Positions 22,326 to 36,300 are shown, counted from the first letter of the whole stretch. The stretch is 62,388 bases of DNA, filler included, from Bonamia ostreae (GCA_040357525.1; 31 parts of 31 records of this genome joined end to end with filler, not necessarily neighbours in it); one strand, 5' to 3'. Notes: generated by a model from the sequence alone, not told the origin. Numbers and translations are program-made.

Positions 22326-24246
22326 CCATCATTCGCTTTGTCACCCTCTTTAACCAACTTTACCGCAACTTTTCTGAATATCTTCTGTAGCGCTCTATCC
22401 AAATTCCTAACACCCGCTTCACGGCAATGCCAACGGAGGATGTAATCTAAAGCTTCGTTTGTGACCGAGCATTGTTTTAGGAGAATTCCAGTATCGGAAA
22501 GAACTTTCGGAATGAGATAACGTTCGGCGATGCAGCGTTTTTCTTGATGAGTGTATCCAGACAAAGTGATAAACTCCATTCGGTCGGCGAGAACGGGTTC
22601 GATGGCGGAACCGTCGTTTGCGGTGCAAACGAAAAGAGCTTTTGAAAGATCGAGAGGGACGTCCATAAAATTGTCCATGAACTCGCTATTTTATGTTAAA
22701 TTTTTTGTTTCAAAAATTTTGTTCTTTTATCTAAAAAATTTCAAAAATTATTGTTCTTTATCTAAAAAATTGACATTTTTTGGATCAGAATTTTTATTTT
22801 TTTGTGTTAAAATTGACATTTTTGTTTCAAAAATTTTGTTCTTTTTTCTAAAAAATTGACATTTTTTGCATCAGAATTTTTATTTTTTCTAAAAATTGAC
22901 ATTTTTATTTCAAAAATTTTGTTCTTTTATCTAAAAATTTACATTTTTGTTTCAAAAATTTTGTTTTTGTTAAAAACTGAAATTTTTTGTTTAAAAATTT
23001 TTGCTAATATTCACTAATTAAAAGTTGCGAGTTTTCGTTTATTGCTGATAAAAAAAACTGATTCTGATTTGTATCTAATAACTCCAATAGAGTGGCCGAG
23101 ACATTGCTTCTATAACTGTTATGTCCAATTTTGTCAATTTCATCGATCATTATCAACGGATTTGCTGTTTTCGCTTGTTTTAATAATCTCGCAACTTTTC
23201 CTGGCATTGCCGAAACATAAGTCCGCCTTTTTAATTAACAATCGAAAATTTGGAAAATAAAATTTTTCAGATTTTTAAATTTTTTAATAATCGAAAAATA
23301 AAGCGCAAATTTTATAAAAACCGATGTCCTTTAATTTCATGTTGATCCGTCATCCCGCCAACAGAAAGCATCACAAAAGATCTATTGAGTGCTCTGGCAA
23401 TCGATCTGCCCATGCTCGTTTTCCCAACTCCAGGAGGTCCAACAAAACACAAAATCTTCCCCTTTCAAAAAATTATTATTTTAGCCATTTTCTCAAAAAA
23501 AATTTTGAATCTGTAACTAAAATTTAGCAAAACTTTGGCTACGCTTTTTCTAAGAATCGCAGTTGCGATGAATTCAATAATCCTGTCCTTTACATCTTTT
23601 AGTCCGTAATGGTCTTCTTCCATTACTTTTTTAGCTTTCGCCAAATTTAAATTGTCTTCGGAATATTTTCCCCTTCAAATTTAACAAATTAAAAAATCGA
23701 AAAATTGCAATTGACCAAAATCCAAATTAGCAAATGAGAAAACAAACCAGGGAATGGCGATCATCCAATCCAAGTAATTGCGAATGCTTTCGCTTTCCGC
23801 GTGAGATTGACCGACCATTTTCAACTTTTCGATTTCTTCTTTGATAACATCGCGAACGTTTTCCGGCATTTTTTCTGTTATTCCCGAAACGTATTTGCTA
23901 AAATGAATTGGTTTTGACGAAATGCAAAATGTTCATATCAAAATGTTTGAAGGAATAAAAACTCTATAAACTTGTCAGGTTTCGCGTCGCCGATTTCTTT
24001 GTTAATTTCATCGATCATTTTTTTGTAATAAGCTCTTTTGTGGTTTTCGATGTAATTGCTCATTAGAGATTTCGAGGCGTTAGTGCTAACTTTGAGTTTG
24101 ATGCTTTGTTCTGTGACGAAAGCCATCATTTCGTCGATCGACGAGGAAACGGATTTTTTCTCGAGAATTCGTTGGAGACCGATTGGTTCGTTTGGGAACA
24201 GCATTCCAACAAAGTTTCTTATTTGTTCGACTGTTTCCATGTTCTT
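22326..24246 (-). CDS. LONP1: Lon protease AAA+ region, truncated at both ends
   Basis: [23 protein letters not shown], Walker [24 protein letters not shown], Walker [21 protein letters not shown]; five introns. Mitochondrial versus peroxisomal paralogue not resolved. Confidence 0.92.
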
Positions 24247-24506
24247 NNNNNNNNNNNNNNNNNNNNNNNNNNNNNNNNNNNNNNNNNNNNTTAATTAATT
24301 AANNNNNNNNNNNNNNNNNNNNNNNNNNNNNNNNNNNNNNNNNNNNAACTGATTTTAATTTCCATTTTTAAATCGCCATTTATAGTTCAAACAAAACTAA
24401 TTTTTGATCACCATTACCAAATTCAACAAATTGATTTTTAATTGCCATTTTTACTTAAAAACTAATTTTTCAAACAAAATTTATTTGCAATTTTTCGAAT
24501 ATTGAA

Positions 24507-26180
24507 GTGAAAAATGAAAAGTCACTCGGAAATAAACTCAAAAACGTACAGTTCGCTTCTACTCCAATAATGAGCACTTACTTGTTAGCCTGGTTTATAG
24601 GCGAGTACGCGGGTAAAACCGTGGAATCGGAAAATGGCGTTTCAGTGTCAATATTCGCACCAAAAGACAAATTGAAGATGGGAATGTGGGCTCTATCAGT
24701 CGCAGAGAAGACACTGACTTTTTACGAGGAGTATTTTGGGATAAAATATCCTCTAAAGAAATTGGACATGTTGGCCATTAGTGATTTTGTCAACGGTGCC
24801 ATGGAAAACTGGGGTCTGGTGACCTACAGAGACAGAGCGATTTATTGCGACGAAACGTCCAGTTTGGCTGCCAAGGAATATGTCACTTCAGTTGTAGCGC
24901 ACGAACTGGCACATCAGTGGTTCGGAAATCTTGTTACAATGGAATGGTGGTCTCAACTAGTTTTTCAAAATTTTCGATTTGCGGGACTTTTTATTTATTG
25001 TTAAACTTATCAAAAAGTGGCTCAACGAAGGCAATGCGACATTTATGCAGTCTCTGGCAAACGCTGCGATCTATCCACAATTCGACATTTGGACTAGTTT
25101 CGCACACGAAAAACTAGAAATGGCTTTATCTCTCGATTCCAAACTGTCTTCGCATTCTGTCGAAGTTTTATTAAATCGCAAAAAAATTGTTTGAAAATGT
25201 CAATATTTTTCATTAAATCGCAAAAAATTATTTGAAAATGACAATATTTTTTATTAAATCGCAAAAAAAAAATTTTGAAAATGTCAATATTTTTCATTAA
25301 ATCACAAAAAAAATATTTGAAAATGACAATATTTTTCATTAAATCGCAAAAACAATAATAAGATCGAAATAGAAAAAGCGAGCCAGATCAACGAAGTCTT
25401 CGACGTTATCTCCTACAGAAAAGGCGCTTCACTCCTCAAAATGCTCCACGAGTACATCGGCGACAAAGCTTTCAGAGCGGGCATGACAAAGTACCTCAAA
25501 CACTACAGCTACAGAAACGCGGACTCCGACGGGCTCTGGAAATTCCTGGCCAAAGAATCGGAAAAAGACGTCTCCGGCTTCATGGAACTCTTCACGCGTC
25601 GCCAGGGCTACCCCAAAATCGACATCGAACTCGTCTCGATAAAAGGGAAAAAACACACTTTCCGTCTCAGACAGTCTCGCTTTCTCACGAGCGGAAAAAC
25701 GGTTTTTCCAAATCGACTTTTTCAAAAAGACCGAAAAAACGATTTGGAAAGTTCCGATCAAAATCGATGTCAGCGGAGAGAAGAAATGGGTTTATATGCA
25801 CTCCGAAGTCATGGAAGTCGACTTTGATATCCCCGAGTTCAAGTACATTCTCTTGAACGCGGATGCGACCGGTTTCTTTCGATCGAAAGTTTTTTGAACA
25901 TGTGACAAACACAGCATTCGAAAGCGCTGGCGGAGAAGTTGATGGCGAACATGGGCGGGTTTCCCGCGAAAGACAGATTTATGATCGTTTCGGACTGTTC
26001 GGCTCTGTTCACTGCGGGGGAGAAGTCGGCTGCAGAGATGCTGTTCCTTCTGGAGTCGCTGGAAAACGAAGAAAACAATGTCGTTTGGACTGCGGCGATC
26101 GGAGCGATCGAAAAGATGAGGTGTTTGCTGCGTGGAAGCTCCAAAGAATCGGAAGAGAGACTTGACGCTTTTTCGATTAG
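24507..26180 (+). CDS. NPEPPS: M1 (puromycin-sensitive type) aminopeptidase, partial
   Basis: [56 protein letters not shown]; introns include a ~39-nt tandem array at 25165-25362. Confidence 0.93.
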
Positions 26181-26409
26181 TTTAAAATTTTTGTGATAAA
26201 GAAAAATTTGTAAAGATAAAATTTGACGCCAAACTTGGTAAAAACGATTTTTTGTAAAATTAGTCTNNNNNNNNNNNNNNNNNNNNNNNNNNNNNNNNNN
26301 NNNNNNNNNNTTAATTAATTAANNNNNNNNNNNNNNNNNNNNNNNNNNNNNNNNNNNNNNNNNNNNATTTAAACAAAATTTTCCAATAAAAATTATCTGA
26401 CTTTTAAAG

Positions 26410-28227
26410 AACACTTTGCGGTACTCCGAACTACATAGCCCCGGAGATGCTGCAACACAACAAAAAAGGACACAGCTTCGAAGTGGATGTCTGGTCTCTC
26501 GGCGTAATAATGTACACCATGTTGGTAGGAAGACCGCCATTCGAGACCGAAGACGTAAAAGATACCTACAACAGAATCAAGCACAATCTGTACCGGTTTC
26601 CGGAAGATTCGACTCTCTCCGAAGTTTCGAAAAACCTCATTCGAAAAATTTTGCAAGTGTGTCCTGGTTCTTTTTATAACTTTACACTTTGCCAAATTTT
26701 CGAAATCGATTCAAAAATTAAGAACGATTTTGAAAATCGTCCATTTTTATTTGTTTCCGGAAACTATTTTTTTATAATTTTTTCAATGTGAAACATTAAG
26801 ATTCGCGCCCGACTCTGCACGAAATAAGAGTAGACAAATTCTTCACAACAGCGCTCATCCCGCGGAACCTCCCGAGCTCCACCGGCTCGGGCGTTCCGGT
26901 GATAACGAACTTTAAAGAGAGCATTTCCAAATCGGCGCAAGAATACGGAAAGGAAGAAAGTCTGATGGAGGCCAGTTCAGAGAGGAAACCGATGGTCGAA
27001 AAAGTGAAAGATGGAAGGTTGAGTCCAAAAAGTGAGTTGTTTCGATCTGCCGTTTACAGTCGGAGAGCGAGAAACAGTTTTGGGATGTCTGGAGAGATGG
27101 CGAAGACGACCAGAAGCGAGCCGAAGATATCTAAGCAGATAGACAATTTGGAGAAGGATTATAAGCGCTTTAGTTTGGAACAGGATGAGGAGAGCGATCG
27201 TTTGGAAAAAATAGANNNNNNNNNNCAATTTTCTGCTTAAATTTACAACTTTTTGAACAATGTACTTATTAAAAATCAATTTAAATAGTTTTTGAAAGTA
27301 ATTTTTTATTTTCGAAAATCATTTGATTTTTGACAGTCATTTTTTAACAAATAGTTTACGAGCCGTCCGTCTGGATTGAATGCTGGATAGACTACTCTTC
27401 AAAGTATGGAATCGGCTACATTCTTTCAAACGGCATCTACGGAGCCCTTTTCAACGACAATTCCAAAATGTTGCTGTACTCCGACAGAAAGTTTTTCCTC
27501 TAATAAAAGACACATCGAATACTTCGAACCCGGCGAAAAGGAGGAAAATGGCGTCTATTTGGAAAAAAGAATCACTTTGGACACTTTTCGATATTCGTCC
27601 ATCTTTAAAAAGAAAGTTACTCTCTTGAAGTACTTTTCCGAGTACTTGAAAAGGAAAAACTCAAAAGTTGTTATTGCGCCATTTTAGCGCAAAAACTGAA
27701 TTTTGAAATTGATTTACAAAAACAATTAAATCTAAATTTTGCAAATTAAATCGCTATAACAATACAAAAAATTGATGTAAAAAAATCGAAAGAAAATAGA
27801 AAAAGATGAAACAACTAACTTGAAGAGATATCCGGTTCGTCTGATGAATTGGTTCAAAACTTCGAAAGCGAAAGTCTTTGTTTTCAGCAACAGCGTTTTC
27901 CAAATTTTGTTCAACGACAAAACGGAAATAATTGCGACCTCGCCGTGTTGTCTGGCTGAGAAGAAGCAAAAATTTTCGCTGTGCGAAAAACATTGTTCGG
28001 CCGTGAGCGAATTGGAACGAAGGTTCGAATTGTATGTCGAGAAAGTGGTTGTGACGTTTACGAAGAAAAATGGAGACAAAGAAACTTGTCTGCTTTCGGA
28101 GGCAACTTCAAGCGAAAATAATGTGTTAAAACAAAGGGCTCTCTATTTGAAGGAGGTTGTGAAAAAGGTGACTAAAACTGTACCGCGATTGGTGTTGTTG
28201 GAGAGAATGAGGGCTTTAGATAATTAA
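26410..28227 (+). CDS. PLK1: Polo-like kinase (kinase C-lobe plus two polo boxes), 5' truncated
   Basis: [50 protein letters not shown]...[17 protein letters not shown]. Confidence 0.92.
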
Positions 28228-28529
28228 ACTACTTTTTGAAATTTTTTTCGTAAATATTGAGCAAAGTTGCAAAAAATTAGTAAAAANNNNNNNNNNNNNN
28301 NNNNNNNNNNNNNNNNNNNNNNNNNNNNNNTTAATTAATTAANNNNNNNNNNNNNNNNNNNNNNNNNNNNNNNNNNNNNNNNNNNNCAAATCTTCGGGAA
28401 CGAAGTGTCGACACACCCACAAAAAATTTAATCTTTATCGAATTGAAAAAAATCGTAAACAACAAATCTTCGGAAACGAAGATTTTTTAAACGAAAAAAA
28501 ATTTAAATTGCCTTTATAAACATTTAAAG

Positions 28530-30305
28530 CTCAAAACGAGAACGTTTGCGATAGAATCGCAAATTAAAAAGTACGATTTTTTACATGAAAATTCGGAAGG
28601 ATTTTCTCGTTTAATAATCGAATCGTCAAATTTCGAATTCGAAAAATTTGACCAATTCGAAAAATCCGTTTGGAAAATTATCGGAAAGTACGATTTGTCG
28701 CTCGAAAGAGCGCTTGATTTGTTGACCGATTTTGCTAATTTTTATGTCCAAAACCAAAATCTCAACTTTTTGAACATTTTCTCAAAATTCCCAAAGCAAA
28801 CCTTGTGCAAAGTCTTTGGATTAAAGATCATGAATTTTGAAGGTGCTGTTCCAAAGTCGTTCTTTAGACTTTGCGCTTATTGTTTGAAACTCCAAATCTT
28901 TGATATTTCGGACTTTTATAATTACGTTTTATTTTATGTAATTATTGATTTCTTATATTCTTTCGGACTTTTGCATAAACAATATTGCGTTTTCAATAAA
29001 GATTCCCGGCGATGACAATGAGATCGATGAAATGTTTTTCGGTTACGAAGAAAAATCTGTTTTCTTAAAATTTATTTTATAACAGAAAATCGAAATAGAA
29101 AATGTCAAGTTAGAACCGATCCCAATCGAAGGAAAGGAAAAAGTGGTCACTAATTTGCCTCGCCGAAGATCTTATCCGCCATATGTTCTTAATTTTATCA
29201 ACAAATTTTTTCCAATTTTCATTTTAGTCGAGTTGTCCAAGAGGGCATTATCAAAATATGGAATTCGCTAAAATCACCGAAAATACCAAAATTTGCGATA
29301 TCTGCAACAACTCCAAAGAACAGATTTTGACTTGTCCGAGATGCAAATACCAAAATTTTAATATCTGCAAAAAATGTTGTCTAAACGTTTTTTTGCTTTG
29401 ATCAGATTTAAAATTCAAGGATGCCAAGTTTTCTTTGGTCAACGAAATGCTCGAAATCGGAGAAGACTGCTATCGACTAATCGAAAAGATCGGAATGAAC
29501 AAAATTTGTTTATTCGGAAAATTTTTTTAAAGATGATCATCCGGCGACAAAAAAATTGATTGGCCGCAAAATCGAAAACATTATTGAAGAAAGTAATTTG
29601 AAAAATTGGGACAGTTTTTTAAAGGCGTTTGAAGAAATCATCAAAATTTTGCCTGATCAAATTTTGCTATTTCGTAAACGCGTCTTTTCGAAACTTTGTA
29701 AGTTTTTGGAAAGATTTTTGTCCAAAAAACAAACCAACTTATTGTTTCAGACTGATTCTGATCATTCTAATAACGTTTTTGCAATTTTTGGTGTAAAAAT
29801 TCTTATTCGGAAACAATAAAATTTATTGCGATTACTGAAAAATTATTAAAAGTTGACAAAATTGATAAAATTTGCCATTTTCCCAACATTGAACGCGATG
29901 GAATCAAATTTTGTTTACAGCGAAAAAGTTTGGGCCTTCTTGAGCCAATTGAACTATGAAAAACGGTTCGAAATTTACGGATGGTGGCTCAATGAAGGAC
30001 ATAAAAGGTGCCATAAAACAGCCTTCAATGCGAAGGTCGCTCTTTTGCAGACAATGCGGTTTCGCAAAATGCATTTACACAAGGACGAGAAGAAAGTTGG
30101 GAGTGGCAAAGCGTTGCTGAAGTTTGTACACGGCAATTCTGTGCTCGTCATTAACGATCTTCTTTGCAATATCATGCATCGAGTTTTTTAGATTCAACAA
30201 TCGCAAACAAAACATTTTTAACAAAAGGGATATGAGGTCACGATCAAATATTTGGTTGAGTCGTTTAAATTCACTTCAGAACTTGTGCAAGACATTGTAA
30301 TGTTT
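28530..30305 (+). CDS. THOC2: THO complex subunit 2, internal part
   Basis: KKYDFLHENSEGFSRLI, IIGKYDLSLERALDLL and VWAFLSQLNYEKRFEIYGWW match conserved THOC2 blocks in order. Confidence 0.8.
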
Positions 30306-30405
30306 NNNNNNNNNNNNNNNNNNNNNNNNNNNNNNNNNNNNNNNNNNNNTTAATTAATTAANNNNNNNNNNNNNNNNNNNNNNNNNNNNNNNNNNNNNNN
30401 NNNNN

Positions 30406-31365
30406 GAAAAAAGATCATCGGCGGTTATTCCCGATCGACGACAAATTGGTTTTAGTGGTGGACGACCGAACTGACGTTTGGAAAAAAATTCCGAAAAACG
30501 TGATAAAAGTTCCAAAATGTTTTGTTTTGAAATTTAGTCTTTTCGTTCGAAGATTTGAACGAAGAAAGTTCTTTCGACAATGTTTTGGAAACTGTCGAAA
30601 ACATTTTGATTTCTGTTCATCGAGCTTTCTTTCAAAGTCTTATTACAAATTTTAAAAAGATCAAAAAATTAGCCAAAACGACTTAAAGAAATTGTCTCCA
30701 AAACAGAACTCGGCAAAATTGCTAAAAGCGATCAAAAAAAGCGTTTTGGAAAATGTGTTTGTAAGATTTAGCGATTTGGCTAAAATCGACAAAAATTCTG
30801 TGCTTTGGAAAACGGCCGAACAATATGGCGCGAAATGCTTCGGCGAAAACAATTTTTCAAAATTTAGCCAAACAACTCATTTCGTTTCGCCGTTTAAAAA
30901 AGATATCGTTTTTGAAATTTAAAATTTTGCAAAACTAAAATTTAGTCAAAATTGGGTGAAAACGAGAAATTTGTGAATCCGTTTTGGATCTGTCATTCGA
31001 TAAATCATTTTATAAAAGCTCCTGAAAAACAGTTTGAACCGGAATCGAAAACTCCTCTGGTTCGCTGGAGCTCTAAAATTTCTTCTTCGGAACATTGGGA
31101 TTCGATTTTAAACAATTGGATAAATTTTGGAGAAAAAAGTTTTTTTTTTGAAATCTTTCCAATTTTTATTTATTTGTTTTCAAATTTTTTGTTTTTATTA
31201 AATTTTTTTCGTTTTTTTTGAAATTTTTCAATTTCTTTAAAATTTTCGTTTTTCCAAATTTTTATTTTTTTTTATTAAAATATTTTGTTTATTCGAAATA
31301 AAGAAGAAAGAAAGAAAGTAAAATTATATGAAAGCGACGATATCGAGAAAGAATTTGAAATTTAA
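30406..31365 (+). CDS. CTDP1: RNA Pol II CTD phosphatase FCP1, C-terminal part with BRCT domain
   Basis: RLFP..DKLVLVVDDRTDVW; LWKTAEQYGAKC, TTHFVS, FVNPFWICHS; includes a 19-nt intron at 30519-30537. Confidence 0.85.
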
Positions 31366-31378
31366 AAATTTTTGAAAT

Positions 31379-31782
31379 TTATTCAAAATCCGCTAAAAAT
31401 TTTTGTAACTGAGCAGCAACAATTTCTGCACTTAATTTTCTTGAAAAATCAACATTTTCTAATTGCAAAATTTCATTTTTTATTATTTTATCAAATTCGC
31501 TCGGATCTTTGCCGTTGTCTATTAAATCTAAAACTCGCATTGGAGCTCTAAAATCTCCGATTTTTTCAGTCTGTTTTAAAACTGATTTGATATCTTCTTT
31601 TGCAAGTTTCTTTCTAAAAATTGGTTTTACAGTATTTAAAACATAAAAATTAATTTCTTTTTGAGCTCGTTTTCGGGGTTTTTGGATTTATTTATATCGT
31701 CTTCCAATAAATTGATTTGTTTGTTGATGATTGAAATCTTTTCAATCGTTTTATCTAAATTTGATTCGTTCGTTTTATCCAT
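31379..31782 (-). CDS. MED10: Mediator subunit 10-like, one 29-nt intron
   Basis: APMRVLDLIDNGKDPSEF resembles MED10 VPLEVFEYIDQGRNP; size is about right. Absent from the ORF track. Confidence 0.55.
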
Positions 31783-31995
31783 TTTGAATCAAGTTTTAGC
31801 AAATTATTTTTAGTTTTGTTTAGTCTTTTTTTATAAAAATGTCGTTAAAGTGGAGTCGCTTAAATTTAATTTTAATAATTTTTTAGTTGTTAATTGATTT
31901 CGTTGTTAATAATTTTTTTGTCAAAACGAACCTTAAAATTAAATTATATCGTTAAACCTAAAAATTAAGCTTAACCAAACCCGAAAATCATAAAA

Positions 31996-32310
31996 ATGGA
32001 TTTTGCAGTTACTGAATCTTTCTATAAACTTGGCATAAGTTTTTAAATTCCAAACTTTTTCCAATTTGCAAAAGTTTCTTTTTCGATGTTAATCATTATT
32101 ATCTTATCTCTGTCCAAATCAGTGATCCCGCAATCGAGCGTAAATGGATTCATGATAAATTCGGCTATTGGAGTGTTATACGGGATTTCTACGGGGTATG
32201 TCTGTTACTTCGTTTCAATGATTTTATTCTCAAAATACACTGAAAAAATGGTCGAGTACGGCTACAACACTTCTGCTCCAAGAGTGCTTGAATTCATACA
32301 CAATCAATAA
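31996..32310 (+). CDS. Small two-TM hypothetical protein
   Basis: ATG at 31996, a probable short intron, and hydrophobic segments in ORF 32086-32310. Confidence 0.45.
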
Positions 32311-32422
32311 ATTTACTTATTTNNNNNNNNNNNNNNNNNNNNNNNNNNNNNNNNNNNNNNNNNNNNTTAATTAATTAANNNNNNNNNNNNNNNNNNNNNN
32401 NNNNNNNNNNNNNNNNNNNNNN

Positions 32423-34337
32423 GTCAAACAAATGGCAAAGGCAAACAGATTGCCAAAACCATCATTTAAATTTGCAGCTTCGGCGTCAGTGACAATGTCA
32501 CTTCATGATATCTGTGCTGGAGCGAATGTGGGATTTAATTTTGATCTTCCTATTTTTCAACTAAGATTTTATTACCCATGTGGTTACATCGTATTCTATA
32601 TGCGTAAGTGACTGTATTTCATAAATGAAAAAGATCGTTTTAAATGATAAAATATACTTAAATCATATGAATGTAACAAAATGTCTTGGTAGTATCCACG
32701 TGTTTGCTTTGTTTTTACATATTTGTTTTGAATTGCCTTCTAGTGCATGTATACAATTTATTTCATAGGATTGGGTGCAGATGTTAGCGTGGGATTCTCT
32801 GCTGGTGCAAGGACATGTCTTATGGCTAAATTTCTCTCGGTAAAGTTTGTCTTATTATATTCATGCGATATGATCATATACTAATACTCTTTGTTACATT
32901 TTACAATATCCGTTAATCATGTTCCCCAAAACGAAGTTTGGAACATGTTCTTTTTCCTCTGCTTCTTATGATTATCAAGGTCTTCCGTTTCCAAAGCTTT
33001 ATCTCTATTATGATTTTTTTCTTCCACTTTTTGTGCATGCGATTTTTTCATAAATGCGTAGATCGACTTTAGGGAAATTTTCAGAGATGACAGATATTTA
33101 TGTAAACTTTATTATTTTTTTCAATTTTGATTACGGTACTTTTTACATAAGATATTGACGTTTTTCTTAAAGTTAGAGGGTTAGTTTTCCAAGAGTGTTC
33201 TTGGAAACTATTCAAGATATCATTTTACATTTTTCAGCGATTGTAGAATTGAGTCCATAGATGCACCTAGTGGCATTCAAATTTCTTTGATGCAAAAAAT
33301 GTCGGAGCTCGGTATGGTCGCCACAATTTTTTCTGCTTTTTGTACACATTTTCGTCGTTACTGGTAACATATTGAACAAAATTTGTAGATAATGACGCGA
33401 CCAATTCGATGATATAACGTTTTAAGAAATATTACCTTAAATAAGGGACCGATAGAGGTCAAAACTAATTTCCAAATATCTCAAAAACTAAATTTCTTAA
33501 AACTAATCGGAAGTTGTCAAGCATTATCGAAGCAGATTTATTTCTTTTGATGTTATGCAACTGCTGATGTCAGCAAAATTATCCTTGATCACGTAACAAG
33601 TGATACATAGGGGAAAATGTACGACACTTTTATGCTATTTACCTCTTAAGCAACAAAATATTTGTAAAGAATTATAGAGCAACAATTGTTTGAAAGTTAT
33701 TCTCGCGACCACTGTAAAGGAATTCTTGAGTCAGTCCTTAAGGTTGAATATCTCAGTTATATCGAAACCTTTTTCGTTGTAGAACAAAATTTGTAGATAA
33801 TAACTATACCAGCAAGTACTAATTCTAACGGGGACCGTAACTGATGTTCCCCATCTACAAAGTGCTTCAGCATAACCAATTAACTTACATTCTAAGTCTT
33901 TGTAGTATATACCTATGATGTGAATAGCAGTCCATTTTTCCATTCATAAGAGATTTACAGGTCATTGAAATATTAACGAACCACAACACGTATTTGAGTG
34001 TATGTGTAGGTGATTTTGACGATGCAATTAAGTAGAGAATCCATATATATTGTCATTGAAATTTCAAAATGTTATACACCAGTACGTGATAAAGGAAGTT
34101 AAAAATTACATTTCACGCGCATTCACGTGCACACAAATTTGAATTAGCATGGTTTCCAACTAAATATGGCACTCTAACGTAAACGTACAACAACAAAATC
34201 ATATCATTTTAGCCTTTCATTATGAAGGTACGGTTATTTTAGTACCACAAAATGTAAGAAAGGCAATGCACGTGCATACAGGCACACATGAATATGACTC
34301 AGCACTTTTATTAATGTCATATAACAAGCATTTGTAT
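32423..34337. other. Probable host (bivalve) non-coding contig; similar contigs at 38460-40369, 44484-46388, 48493-50395, 50496-52397, 54499-56398 and 56499-58397
   Basis: Gene-poor, rich in TACATGTA/ATAT, lacks the long A/T runs and TCGA bias of the other contigs, and carries degenerate interspersed repeats. Confidence 0.7.
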
Positions 34338-34437
34338 NNNNNNNNNNNNNNNNNNNNNNNNNNNNNNNNNNNNNNNNNNNNTTAATTAATTAANNNNNNN
34401 NNNNNNNNNNNNNNNNNNNNNNNNNNNNNNNNNNNNN

Positions 34438-35112
<675 letters not shown>

Positions 35113-35384
35113 TTAAGCTTTGGGACTTTGTGTTTCTGATATAATAAATATGGTTAAAATATTTTTAGTCTTTTATAATATCGTGGCTCCGTTTATAAAT
35201 GGCAGAGTCGAATTTGCACTTTTTTAGATGTTTATAAATGGCAGAGCTCAGTTTGTTGAAATAACAATTTTGCACTTTTTCAGTTTGCTTAAAACATATA
35301 TCGCGGCTTTCTATTATTATAATATCGACGAAAAATTAAAGCTCATTTCTTTTTATTGGTATAGCAAAAGCATTTAAATAAATA

Positions 35385-36300
35385 ATGAGAAACACAAAAT
35401 CAAAGCTTTTGCAAAAACAAGCTTTCAAATGCAAACCGTTAAAGAGAAAAGCAATAAACGATTTTGGAACTAAAAAAATTTTGAAATTTGGCAAATCTGC
35501 CAAAAATCAACCAGAAAACTGGATTAAAGTCTACAAAAACATTGCTCAAATGAGGATTAATGGCTGTGCTGCCGAAGCTGACGTCGATATCGAAGGGTGT
35601 TCAAGTACTTTCGACAAAACCGAAAGCAGAAAAGTTTCGAAAATGGATTTTTAGGTTCAAAGATTTCAAATTCTGGTTTCTCTGATGCTTTCTTCGCAAA
35701 CAAAGGATAGCATAACCGCTCAAGCCATGTCAAACTTGAAAAGAAACTTAGAAAACGGGTTGAATCTTGAAAGCGTTTTGGGTTCGGATGTTCTCCGAAT
35801 CGAAAAAGAAATATCAAAAGTCGGTTTCTACAAAAAAGTGTTTTCTAAAAACTATTATTGCGAATAGAAAGCAATGTACATCAAAGAAGCAGCCGAACGA
35901 ATAAAGACGGATTTCAGCGGCGACATTCCGAAAAACGTCGAAGATCTTTGCAGTCTTAAAGGAGTCGGCGAGAAAATGGCTTATTTGGCGATGCAAGTTG
36001 CCTGGAACAAGTTTTCGATTTGTATAAAAATGCTGAAAGAGTTGTTGGGATTGGGGTCGATGTTCATGTGAATAGGATTAGTAATCGTCTGGGGTGGAGC
36101 AATAAGAAACATCCAAACAAAACGAGAAAGGTTTTATAAGAGAATTTAAGGAGCTGGAAAAATGGCTGCCCTTTGAATTGTGGGGACACATAAATCATCT
36201 CTTAGTTGGTTTTGGGCAAAAAGTCTGTTTTGCCAAAAAACCAAATTGTCATCTTTGCACTGTCAAGGACCTGTGCACACTAGGAAAGAATATTAAATAA
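35385..36300 (+). CDS. NTHL1: Endonuclease III homologue (HhH plus 4Fe-4S), complete
   Basis: LMLSSQTKD, LKGVGEKMA, GIGVDVHVNRI, LVGFGQKVC-x6-C-x2-C-x5-C; introns 35634-35654, 35838-35867, 36011-36039 and 36131-36150. Confidence 0.96.

Noticed and set aside
35652-35654. Stop-codon reassignment or readthrough in conserved genes
   Set aside because: Every in-frame stop I examined falls inside a GT-AG intron whose removal restores the alignment, so the standard code suffices.
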